Source of the DNA: Podarcis bocagei
Lineage: Eukaryota
Direction: 5' to 3' (one strand)
Length of the DNA: 64,000 nucleotides
Assembly: GCA_964188305.1 (NCBI GenBank)
Contig: OZ076885.1
Made by a program: the position numbers and the translations under genes. Below the pieces are notes generated by a model, which searched no databases, was not told the origin of the DNA, and was given only the letters and a program-made list of their open reading frames with translations. Of the stretch, positions 35,748-47,271 are shown piece after piece; position 1 is the stretch's first letter; every line of letters begins with the position of its first letter.

Positions 35748-37704
35748 TTGGTAGCAGAATCTGTATGTATGCTGGCACGTCTTCTGAGTTGGTTTATTGA
35801 CATAGGTAAAACCTGCATTGTTTTTGACAACTTGCCTGGTACTCATGGGTGACCAGGAAATTCATGTAGGTGAATGAACAGGTTGGTGGAGGAGGAGTGG
35901 GTTACTTGGTCTCTTTTCTGCCACTCCACTTGGTTTCTTTGCTAGCCAGGCAGGAAAGGAAAGCCTATTCTTTCATAACCATGAAATAGGCTAGTGAAGG
36001 AGGAGCAGATATACCCTTCCTTCCTACATGCCCTTTCACTTAGCAAGCTGATTAAAAAAGCTGCCTTCTAAGAGTCTAGTAGCTTGCATTTTCATGTTGG
36101 CCACAGAAGAGGGGACTTTCCCTCCTCCATGGCCACCATGGCAACACAGACTTCTGGCTTCTTAATAAGCTGTGGTGGTGAGCTAATTACTTTTGTGGGC
36201 TTATTTTCAATGATGGCTAATACTAGGTAATCCCTCAGTTGTTTGGGGGAATTCACACCTTTGGTATCAGATGTTCATAGAGGAACCAGACCAGATTCAA
36301 TCCATTGGTTTTTGGTTTTTATTATTATTAAATTGTTAATCTTGTGAGTGCACAATAACACAACTATTATGAGAGAGGGGATGACAATCAAGCATTGTTC
36401 ATACATTCAGAGGGACAGAATGTTATGTTTATGTAATGCAGCACATGGGTATATGAAGAGGGGGAAATGCTTATTACATACAGGAATGAGGAGATAATGC
36501 AAACTATTAACATTTTGGCTCTTTCCAGCAATGGACTCCAACTGAGAACAGAAAAATTCTCTTGTAGAGATGCCACCCTAAACTTAATAGGCTATATCTG
36601 ATACCAAAGTGCCCCTTACATTGCTATTTAATTAGATACCTACCTGCCTCCTTTGTATTATAACTACTGGGAGTCACTGGTCGACATTGAAAAACAGGAT
36701 ACAACAAAAAAACAGTATTACTTTGTTGAAACTTTGATTTTGCAAGAATGGAACTCCTTGGTTCTCAAGACAGCTCCTTGCCACTAGAATATGACTGACT
36801 TGCTTAACAATGGAAAAGAGTGGTTGGGTGAAGCATCCCAGTTTATATAACTTGTTCTTCTTAGGCACTTAGTTTCAGTCCATTTATCAACTCCAGTTGT
36901 TCCAGAATTCTAGATTGTGTGTGCACTTGGACAAACAGAAAAAATATCCTTGAGGGACAGCACAGCTTATTAACAAGCATTAGAACAAAGCAACTCTTTG
37001 TTTTTCAGTGCTGCACGTTTCTAAAAATATCACCAGCTTAAGTTTTGCCAATTCACACCCTCATGCCTCATACAGCCAATTAATTTTAATGCAGTAACAC
37101 ATAAAGCAAGAAATTTTCCTAGTCTTGTTTAACCGGTTCAGAGAGAGAACGTAAACATAGCACTAATTTCTTGTGAAATATGTACTCAACAGTTCCAATT
37201 TTGCGTATGACCCAAGGTCAGTACTAATTGTGCATTCTTGCTTTCTCAAGAATGTCCCACGACCCTGTGTGAAATTATATACAGCTCCAAAAAAAATTCC
37301 ACTGGAAATTTCCCAGAACTACGACCATGATTCATTGGCTCTTTCATTGAAATTAATAGCAGAATCCCATGGAGATAATATTGTCAGCTTTTCTGGTAGA
37401 ATGTTATCTGGTAGGACTCAGCCACATTAATAGGACTGTGGGAAAGTTTTCTATATTTCTTTTCCTTGTGTTCTCAGTTATATGATCTGGTCTCATAGCA
37501 ATTAGTGTAAATGCCAAGTTAAATTAAAGTGTACATTTGTAAACTAATTTCAAAACCCTATTTACTTAAGCCAATAGGTTTATTTGTGTGTAATTAGTAT
37601 GAAATTGACAGTAGAGTCAAGTAGGCTGTTAGGATCCATGACCTCAATTTTCCTTTTTTTTGGCTCCAATGTAGGTGAGTAGAGAGAAGAAAGATCAACC
37701 CATC

Positions 37705-38374
37705 ATGGCTGTTCCCATAGCCATTCTTGATTGTGATCTCTTGCTATATGGTCGTGGGCATCGAACACTTGATCGTTTCAAACTGGAGGATGTGACTGAT
37801 GAATATCTGGTGTCTATGTATGGCTTCCCACGTCACTTCATTTACTATCTGGTGGATCTTCTGGGTGCCAGCCTTTCTCGTCCTACACAACGATCAAGGG
37901 CCATTAGCCCAGAGACGCAAATTCTTGCTGCTTTAGGTTTTTACACTTCTGGTTCTTTCCAGACTCGCATGGGAGATGCCATTGGCATCAGCCAGGCCTC
38001 TATGAGCCGTTGTGTTGCCAATGTTACTGAGGCCCTGGTGGAGAGGGCATCTCAGTTCATTCATTTCCCAGATGATGAAGTGTCGGTGCAGCATCTGAAA
38101 GATGACTTTTATGGGCTGGCAGGTATGCCAGGGGTACTAGGACTAGTTGATTGCAACCATGTCTCAATAAAGGCACCCAGTGCTGAGGACTTGTCATATG
38201 TGAATAGAAAGGGCCTTCATTCTTTAAACTGCCTGCTGGTTTGTGACGCCAGGGGAATGCTACTGAGTGCGGAAACACACTGGCCAGGCAGCTTGCAGGA
38301 CTGTGCTGTGCTGCAGCAGTCAGCCCTCAGGAACCAGTTTGAAGCTGGCATGCACAAAGATGGCTGGCTACTTG
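37705..38374 (+). CDS. HARBI1: HARBI1 coding exon 1
   Basis: 670 coding nt; donor CTTG|GTAAGT. Confidence 0.95.
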
Positions 38375-39455
38375 GTAAGTTCTTTCTCATGACTGGCATC
38401 TTTGAAAGTCTATTTTGGTGGAATTTCTGTTTGGTTCTGTGACATGCCACATAACAGTTATGTGTCAAAACTGCAGATTTTACAGTTCTCCCTCTATAAA
38501 GATAAATCAAACAAAGGTAGCATGAAACAGAATAATAGGGTAGCATAAAACATAGAATCTTAGAGTTGGAAGGGACCCCAAGGGTCATCTAGCCCAACCC
38601 CTTGCAATGCAGGAACCTCCGCGGAAGCATCAGTGACAGATGGCCATCCAACCTTTGATTAAAAACCTTCAAGGAAGGAGAGTCCACCACTTCTCGTGGT
38701 CAACAGCTCTGACTGTCTGAAAGTTTTACCAAATGTTTAGTCTGAATCTCCTTTCTTGCAACTTGAAGCTAGTGGTTCGAGTCCTACCCTCCAGAGCAGG
38801 AGAAAACAAGCATGCTCCCTGCTCCATGTGACAGGCCTTAAGATGGCTATCATATCTCCTCTCACTTTCCTCTTTTCCAGGCTAAACATACCCAGCTCCT
38901 TCAGGCACTCATAAGGCTTAGTTTCCAGACCCTTGATCATCTTGGTTGCCCTCCTGACTTCATACACATTTCTGGCATCATATAGATGCCTGGTTTTATT
39001 ATCAGGTGATGGAATTATTTTCACTCTCCTGTCCCTGTTTGGTTTGTGATCTTTCTTTCTTTCTTTTTCTTTTGACAGGTGATAGTTCATTCTTTCTTCG
39101 CACTTGGCTAATGACCCCTCTGCATATTCCTGAAACGCCTGCAGAGTGCCGGTATAACATGGCACATTCAGCCACTCACAATGTCATTGAACGTACATTC
39201 AGGACAATTCGGTCCCACTTCCGTTGTCTGGATGGGTCAAAGGGCACGTTGCAGTATTCTCCCGAGAAGGCCAGCCACATCATTCTGGCTTGCTGCGTGC
39301 TTCATAACATTTCTCTAGAGCATGGACTGGATGTGTGGTCTTCCCAAACGATGGGACAGATGGAACAGCCAGAGGAAGAATATGAACATATGGAATCACT
39401 TGACTCTGAAGCTGATCGAGTTCGTCAGGAATTATTACTCACTCATTTTAGCTAA
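37705..39455 (+). CDS. HARBI1: Harbinger transposase-derived 1 (putative nuclease HARBI1), 348 aa; exons 37705-38374 and 39079-39455
   Basis: [27 protein letters not shown]...; DDE_Tnp_4-type motifs LVDCNHV, GSLQD, LLGDSSF, NVIERTF; ends ...[10 protein letters not shown]; phase-1 GT-AG intron; syntenic position. Confidence 0.97.
38544..38956 (-). mobile_element. CR1 LINE 3' fragment filling most of the HARBI1 coding intron
   Basis: catagaatc tail; minus-strand translation [38 protein letters not shown] matches the CR1 ORF2 C-terminus. Confidence 0.9.
39079..39455 (+). CDS. HARBI1: HARBI1 coding exon 2
   Basis: Long polypyrimidine tract + gacag|; [13 protein letters not shown]...THFS*. Confidence 0.95.
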
Positions 39456-39770
39456 CATTACAAGACATACTAAGTTGGACATATTAAAAGACATGCAAAC
39501 AGTTATGATAGATCCTGATTTCCCTCTTACATTCAGCAAGAGACATAAATGGGGATGCAACTATTGAAATTGAAATTTTGTGTTTGTATAATATTTTGCA
39601 TTTAATATTTTGGTTTCATTGTGCACATTGCATCTGATTCCGTCAGTACTCAGTATTTAAGTACCTGCTACTTTTTAGTGTCCAGCCTTATTGGAGGACC
39701 ATTTATCAAGGACAATATGATATGGGAGGAATGCATATTCAGTTTAATATTGTATTTTTAAGTATTTAAA

Positions 39771-39776
39771 AATAAA
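39771..39776 (+). terminator. Likely HARBI1 polyadenylation signal
   Basis: AATAAA ~315 nt after the stop, followed by GT-rich tgtattttgtgtatggtgt. Confidence 0.65.
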
Positions 39777-40475
39777 AAAAATGTATTTTGTGTATGGTGT
39801 AACAGATTCGGAACACTTTTGTGTCAGTTATTAACTGAAGTTCACCCATATTGGTCTGTACAGACACAGCAGGCGCTGTAATTCACCCAACAGTTTAACT
39901 TTACCCTTGATGGTGCACTTTTCCATTGTCTCTTGAGACAGACGAATGCCAACTAACTAAACTGTAAAGGTGGCTTAAACATGGTTAAAAATAGAAGCAT
40001 TCCTCTTTTTTTGCTTGGTAACTTATCACTCTTGTCTACCTTTTTTCATCCAACAGCAACTGGATTTGTGTAACGGGATTTGTGTAAAGGGATGTTGTAA
40101 CTGGATTTGTGTAAAGGGATGTTGTTATTACATAGATTGAGGCAGGAGGGAAGGAATGGTTTGTGGTCCATTTTGTTGTCCCAGTTACAAAATGGGAAAA
40201 TAGCCAACATTGAAATGGACATGTAATTCCTGAGTCATCAAGAATGAGAGGTCAGAGCAAAAATAGCCTCAACAAATCTACAAAAATATTCCCTATGATC
40301 AAATATCCTTATTTCTGCCCAATGTACGAACACAAATCTATGTAAAGTCTTAGTAAACATTAACCTAGAGATTAACCTCTCCCTGTGGGTGTAAGAAAGG
40401 TTTATTGTAGAGACCCCTACATTCTTCACAGAGACTTGCACTCCATGGAGTCTATGTTGGTGTCAGATTACGGAG

Positions 40476-41565
40476 TCGTCTTCTTTGGCCATCACTCATA
40501 ACCGAGTAAGATTGTCTTCCATAAACACGGTTTTGGTTTTTTATAACAATTGATTAATTTTCCAAAAAGAACATAAAAAATAAACATAAAAACAACAATG
40601 TATAATGGAGAAAAAAGCCATCATAATCAAAAATTTTAAACCATTATTTTTGCTTGACTTCCCTCCCCTCCCCCTCTTGGTTTCATTGTTTAATACTTGT
40701 TTGTGCACGTCCTTATAACCTTATAATCTTAATAATGCAACTTTTAAACTTTGTTCATCTTAATACAAGTGAGTTTTAAAAGTTATACTAACGTGAAAGT
40801 CTGTACACAAAGCTTAAAAGATGAGCATTAAACCTTTACCCCTTTTTTATTATTCAAAGTCCTCTTTCTGTCTTGGGTTCTACATTAACTAGTTTATCCT
40901 GTATAGTTCAGTACCGTAGTTTAGTTTACCAGTCTTCTTCGTCTTCTTTAACGGAGGCTTATTCCTTCTGTAGGGGCTGGCTGGTCTTGGCCTGGCGTCC
41001 AATCTTGCATACAGGAACAATGTCTTTTGTTCAATAAGTCCAACAAGTTCTGTACATCTCCATGTCATAACTTCAGTTTTTTTAACAACAATCATTTCCC
41101 AATTTGTTTTCAAATCTTTATATGTCTTATCCCAGGCTTTTTTAATGATTTTACATTGCCACCACATATAATTACCTTTTATGCTTTTTGTTCTCCCTTT
41201 TAGTTTTTTCTCTAACACAGTCAAAGCCTCTTCACACAGGGCATCATTTTTATATTGGACCAAGTCATAGACCTCCCAAATCAATTCACACAAGGTGTCA
41301 TTAACTCATAAACACGGTTTTAACAGTGAGTCCATAAGGGACTGTGGAGGCCATTTCTGGATCTACATGTCCTTCCACAGCGGGGACATAGGTTTCCAGG
41401 CAGGAGTTGATCACTGGGAGGGTTTGCCAAGTGTGCCTTCCTCTTAGCATGTTTCTCCTTTTTGTCCTGAGTTCAAATGTCTTCAAAGCCCATGACACCT
41501 TTTGTAAAGGCTGTTCTCCAGCTAGAGTGCTTGCAGGCCAGTGTTTCCCAGTTGTTGGTGTTTAT
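40476..41565 (-). mobile_element. RTE-clade LINE 3' fragment (40476-40534 + 41307-41565) split by a nested insertion
   Basis: Minus-strand translation GNLCPRCGRTCRSRNGLHSPLWTH, a degenerate RTE C-terminal zinc finger; short (GAA)-like tail. Confidence 0.8.
40535..41306 (-). mobile_element. L1-like 3' fragment nested in the RTE copy
   Basis: 15-bp TSD CATAAACACGGTTTT (40520-40534 / 41307-41321); A-rich 3' end on the minus strand; ORF with YMWWQCKIIKKAW and LFLYA resembling the L1 ORF2 C-terminus. Confidence 0.75.
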
Positions 41566-43489
41566 GGTTTCCAGTGATGAGTTAAGGATTTGGTTCCAGA
41601 ACCCTTTTTCCATTCTTAACTACTTCCACCCCAGGTGAGGCCCTGGCCTGGAAAAGAAGTCCTGATGTCACTCCATGCCCAGCTCTGTACCCAATCTCAA
41701 CAATCGGGAATCTGCCCCCTCAAAAAAAAACCAAAAAAAAAACAAAAAACCCTGAGGTGGTGCAAAGAGCCTTGGCCCCTTAAAGCCAGTGCCTATGATG
41801 GGAATAAATTATTACCTGCTTACAGTATTTGCCCTGCTCTAGATTCCATTTCAAACAGTGTAAGTCAATGCATGTCTACTCGGAAGTAGAGTTCACTGGG
41901 ACTTACTGCCAGGAAGATGTACCTATGATAATTGGTTCCCAGTCTTCGTAATGTTGCAGCTGGATCTAACTGTGTGCCAAATATTTAGAAAGCTAGGAAC
42001 CATGGTGAGGAAGAGCTTTTTGAACTCATTTGTAGAAAAATTGACTCCATATTCCAAAATTTATTTTACAAGATATGTAAAGTACTTCTGTAATTTTAAT
42101 TGTTTGCTATGGTATTTGAGAACATGCAGCAATGCTAGGATGTGCTGCTGGAACTCTGAATGAATGTTTGTCAGGCTAGCATTTAGGCAACAATGCTAAT
42201 ATATGCTAAACTCAGAAACCAGATTGAGGCAAAACTCAGGGACAGACTTTGGTAATCTGTTGTAATGTGGTACCTTGGGTGAGGACAAAATTTGGTGCCA
42301 TTCAAAATGGATCTTCTCAGTTATGGATCTTCTCATTTTTTCTCCCCCTCGGCTTGGTGCCCTGTGCAGGGGGAATCACCCACACCACCCTAAATCTGGT
42401 GCTGCAAAACTGATTAGAAACGAGAGGGCCTTATGAAACTCAGACACCTACATGTACAATATATTGTTGCACAAGCAGGTGATGCGGGACCTTCATTAAG
42501 TACCTGTCCTTAATTATATTTGTGTTGTAATTATGATGCATAGCTCCTGGTGAGATCATGGCAGAGCTGTCAGTGACTCTGAGAACTAAGAGGAAAAGAT
42601 GGGAAAAGATGGGAAAAGCAAGCCTAAAGAGAGCCTAGCCTTAATGCAATCCTAACTTTGTCTACTCAGAGAAAGTCCTATTGAATTCAATGGGGTTTAC
42701 CCCCAGGTAAAAGGGGTTATGATTGCAGCTGTTGCACAGGGAGCAGTACATTTTGCTTTGTGAGTTGTTGAATACAAGCATTTGCTTCTTGTGCCTTTTC
42801 TTAGTTTATTAGCAGAACTAATATCCTCAGACACATCTAGAAAGTCATGCAGCACAACCTTATGTAGGCTTACTCAGAAGTAAATCACAATGTGGTAGCA
42901 GTAGGAGGCCTCTTAAATCTCTGTTTCAGCGTGGATCTACACACAGGAAAAAACACGCTAAGTAAGTCACAAATTAAATCGTAACAAAAGAAAAAACACT
43001 ATGTAAAATATCATAGAAAAAGTTTGTTCTACAGTACCATCTGGTGTTGCATGTTTATAACATTCAAAACACTGGTTTTTTTTTTTTACTAATGTAGGTG
43101 AGTCATCAATGCCACCGTTTTAACAGCAACCCTGTGTATATTTACTTCATAACGAGTCCTGGTGAGTTCATTGGGCTTATCCTAAGCCAACGGCCATACA
43201 TATAAGGTGCATGGTTTTCCCCAAATCCTAGCACAAACTATGGGGAAAGCTTTCAATGTGTGGTGTGGATGTGAACCTTTTTTACAGCATGAAAGAGTGT
43301 GCGTTCAGTATAGAAAGTGGAATTGATAGTGTATGGGAAAATTTGGGAAATGTGGTTTGTTTTTTGGGAAAAAAATATCCAGTGCGCAGTCATGGTTTGC
43401 CAAATAAAGTTATACTGATTTATTTTTTTTAAGTCTTACAATAAAAATGTATTGGAGGCAGTGGTGGTTATTTATGGCTTTGATTTTGC

Positions 43490-44640
43490 GGGGGGGGGGC
43501 GTGTAGCCATTTTTAAAGAACATGTGTTGTACTTTATGGAGGTCCCTGGCAGATGATTACCAAAGGGACGAGGGCGATGTGAAGGTGAACATCTCCCCTC
43601 CACGTATCCCTCGGCTAAGGGCTCGTTTCGAATCAGACGATCTCAGAGCCCGGAAGGAGGCGCCTCCTGACGCAGGCCTCCCCGTGGGCCCCGCCCCTGC
43701 CTTTCCCCGCCCTCCCGGTCGCGAGGACAGCGCCGATCCCGCTCTCTGCGCTCTATTCGTCAGCTCTGCTCCGCTTTTTGCGCCTGCCGTTCGATTGGCT
43801 CGGCACTCGGCATCTCCGTACTCGGCTGCTTAGGTGCTCGGCTAGGCGGCCTGGCCTTGGTAGTAACTCGGAGCAGCAGCAGCGGCGGCAGAAACTGCAG
43901 GGGGAGAGGCCGCCGTCGGATTTGGGTTGTCCCTCCCTGGAGCAGGCCCCGACCAGCCCGGAGCGTGCCTCACGCCACCGCTCCGGTCCTCTCCGGGATT
44001 CGAGGGCGCCAGGCCTTGGCCAGCCCCCCCCCCGCCTCAGGTAGGCTCTGGGCCTAGAGGCTCCGGGCCTGGTTCCTCTCTAGGGGGGTTGCCGGGCTCC
44101 CTCAAGCCGGCGGGGAGAGAAACCCGGCGGGTGGGGCCGGCCGGGGAGTTGGGGAGCCTGAGGCGAAGGGCGGGACGCGTTTCAGGAAGGGTCGCCTGGC
44201 GTCGAGTTCCTCCGCTCCACCCCGCCCACCGCGGAGCCTCCTGCGGCCGCGTCTTTCTCGCGAGGAGGCTGCCTGGCTGTGGCCCTCGCGTCCTCCTCGC
44301 TCGGAGAACCGGCCTGCCAGACTCCTGGCGGCCTTGGCCTTCCTTCCCGGGACCCGCAGAACGAGGCTCTGAAGGCCCGCCCTGTGTTGTTTCCGGAGCC
44401 GTCGGTCTGAATACGGGGAGGCAGCGCTTCCTTAATTTAAAATACATTCGGTTCCCCTCCGCCCACGTAAACACTCGGCCGCACGGTTTTTTTCCCTTTT
44501 CAGGGATGCGAGGAGGAATTTTCGCAACGGGATATCTGTTTTCCTGTGCGAATGTGGCTCCGAGCCTGCCCGCGCTTCCTTGAGAGTAAGGCCTGGTGGG
44601 CACGGGGACCACGACGGCTTGGCTCTGAGGAAACGAGCAC
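43490..44640 (+). promoter_or_regulatory. AMBRA1: AMBRA1 CpG island promoter with non-coding first exon ending at 44040
   Basis: CpG-rich; GC box ccccgcccc ~43689, ETS-like ccggaag ~43650, inverted CCAAT (attgg) ~43795; donor ctcag|gtaggc at 44040/44041. Confidence 0.8.
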
Positions 44641-46345
44641 GAGATTGCAGGGAGAGTTGGCTGTTAGCTGGCTGGGGTCTCTCTGTACACGGGTCTTAAT
44701 TAATTATTGTTAATAATAATTAAATGTGAAGAGGGTTGTGAGGCTTTGCATGTAGAAGAAGGTATTTGGTTCGGAGAACTCAAGCCTGTTTTCCCCAATG
44801 TTTTTATAACTCCATCCAGCCATATATTTAACACCATAATTGGGATACAGTTGTTTTTTCCGGTCACCAGGATTTTACAGAATTGTGGACTGGTATATGT
44901 TGGTGTGTGTATGTTCTGTACCATGAAATTGCTTATTAGTTTTTTAAGCTGTGTGTGTTTGGTATGCTTTAAGGATTTGGACTTTCAGTGTGTATTGCGA
45001 GGAGAGAGTATGGCAACTAAGAATAAGTGGGTTATGGAGATAGAAGACAGGTAGCTTGGAGAAGAGAGTGTGCTAAATAAAATACTGAAGCCCTATGTAG
45101 CTCCCCCCCCCCACCAATTCCAAGTTTTATTCGAAAATGGTTACTTTGCCCTCCCCCCCCCAACAAAACACATTGCAAGTTTGCAGGGAAGTACACTTAA
45201 TTTTAGATAAGTTAGTTTGATGCTTTCTGTCTGAAACATGGCTAAAATTAAAATGCCACTTTGGTTATACTGTGCAAAACTGGTTGTTGCAACTTCTATA
45301 AGCCATGAGCTGATCCAAAAAACGTCTTTCTGAGGAAAGTGACAACAGAGCATACGTTTTCATAAATCTTATTGGTTTTGCCTGTGCATAAACCTGTAGT
45401 ATTTGAAATCTCAGTAGTTCATGCTCACCTGTCCTCCTGAGTTTTTCTGTAAATCTCAAAGTAAATTCCACAAGTGCCTTTCACATTTGATTCAGATTTT
45501 TAAATACTTAAACAAATTTCCTAACATGTCACCTAACTATGTTTTCTTGCAGTTTGTATTAACTGCTTCTTAGATCCAGAAAATAATTTTTCATTTACTA
45601 TTTTCTGGAAGCTTGTTAATATTTGAATACTGGCAGCATGTTATTCCTATCTCAGTTCTTAAAAGGCAGATCCCTTTAGTTTGTCTTAATATGACTTGCT
45701 TTCTAGACTGCTTATCACTTTTGTAGTTTTTCTCTGAATCCTCTTCTGCCTATCATCATCTTTCTTTAACAGGTATCTGGGTAAACATAGCACACTGAAT
45801 GAAACTCTGCTCAGCGTTGGGTAGTACAGAAAGAACTACAGTACTTAATACAAATCTAATGCAGATACAGATCTCAGGATGGCATTGCACTTTGGAGCTG
45901 CATCATTGTCTTCATTTCTCATATCATTTGTTTACATTTTCTCAGAAGTGTTATTGAGTATTGGCACATCTGCTTTTATAATTGTATATTGGATGGGTCT
46001 CGTATAAACATTTTACATTTGAGCTTGTTGAATTTTACTTGATTGTTAACTCCTCAGCTCTTCATTTTGAAACTATCTGGAGTTGTTTTGCTTTTCATCC
46101 AACATGTTTACTGTTACTCCTATTTGTGTTGTACTTCCAGATCTGAATGAATGGATAACTACTTCATCCAAGTATTTTTTTTTAAAAATAAACTTGATGT
46201 TGTCACCACTAAAATTATTTGGTGGTATACCCTAAAACACACAAATGGTTTTAGTTACAGATAGGTAGCCGTGTTGGTCTGCCATAGTTAAAATAAAAAA
46301 AATTCCTTCCAGTAGCACCTTAAAGACCAACTAAGTTAGTTCTTG

Positions 46346-46383
46346 GTATGAGCTTTCGTGTGCATGCACACTTCTTCAGATAC
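46346..46383 (-). ncRNA. Minimal type I hammerhead ribozyme motif, mirror copy
   Basis: Exact reverse complement of 46390-46427. Confidence 0.7.
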
Positions 46384-46389
46384 ACCTGT

Positions 46390-46427
46390 GTATCTGAAGA
46401 AGTGTGCATGCACACGAAAGCTCATAC
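46390..46427 (+). ncRNA. Minimal type I hammerhead ribozyme motif (Penelope-type)
   Basis: GTAT-CTGAAGA-A-GTGTG-CATG-CACAC-GAAA-GC-TC^ATAC: stem I GTAT/ATAC, core CUGANGA, stem II, GAAA, NUH site. Confidence 0.7.
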
Positions 46428-46568
46428 CAAGAACTAACTTAGTTGGTCTTTAAGGTGCTACTGGAAGGAATTTTTTTATTTTGACAAATGGTTTTGTATG
46501 ATAAAACCAAGCAATAGGCACAGGAAGAACCAGCAGAGCAAATATTTTAGGTCTAAAACTGATAAATA

Positions 46569-46570
<2 letters not shown>

Positions 46571-46625
<55 letters not shown>
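46571..46625. repeat. (TTA)n microsatellite, probably a retroelement tail
   Basis: About 18 TTA units. Confidence 0.9.
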
Positions 46626-47271
46626 CATCTACCTTTTCATCAGATGGTCCCAAGGTGGCATACCACATTAAAAATAGATTAAAACAGATTGATGTTGCTA
46701 GTCCCCTTATAAAGCAAATGAAACTGAACTATAATTGCATTTTAATACAGTTTTAAAAATTTTTTGTCTGTATATGCACAGTTGTAAAAATTAGAGGATT
46801 GAAATTTTTGAAGGGTGGCTATATAGCTGGCCTTCTAAGGGAAGCTGGGTGAGAAAACTTATGTTGAGCTTCCTTTAAGGATGAAATCTTGAAGGAAGTG
46901 CCACTGAATTCTGTAGGATTTATCTTACTTCTGTAGGAGTAACCTTACAGAGGATTGGAATGTTGCTTGATGAAGCTCCAGTAAGGCTGAATGGCCAAAA
47001 AGACTGGGTTGTTAAAAAAAGAAATTAAACAAAGACATATCTACAGTATTATAATCTTAACTTTGAAACATAGGCAGGTGTACAGATAGATTCAAAAGGG
47101 TGAGCAAAAAAATCATTACAAAAAAGGTCATGGAAAGTTTAATTTAATGTGAAATTGTCAAATAGCACTATTGTGCTCTTGACTGAGTGTTTATGAGAGG
47201 CCCCTTTTGCAGAGGTGACAGTATTGTGGAGTGCCTTGTTTAGGGTTTTCTACTACTGCAGTCCTTCAGAT

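Larger units (their letters stand above)
46253..46483. mobile_element. Penelope-like element fragment as an inverted duplication (palindrome)
   Basis: Arms 46296-46385 and 46388-46477 are exact reverse complements with a 2-nt spacer; flanked by the 12-bp direct repeat ACAAATGGTTTT (46241-46252 / 46484-46495). Confidence 0.8.

Noticed and set aside
37675-38442. 255-aa single-exon ORF as a stand-alone active transposase
   Set aside because: It starts at a GTG at the splice junction and reads into the intron; the real product is spliced HARBI1 from ATG 37705, with no TIRs or TSD around it.
38737-39165. 142-aa antisense ORF overlapping HARBI1
   Set aside because: Chimeric read-through of antisense exon, intron and a degenerate CR1 ORF2 remnant.
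40058-40124. Short local tandem duplication (ggatttgtgtaaagggatgttgt)
   Set aside because: Ordinary slippage duplication with no further structure.
43522-44612. 218-aa (+) and 191-aa (-) ORFs
   Set aside because: AMBRA1 CpG island artefacts that cross the first-exon donor; no domain similarity.
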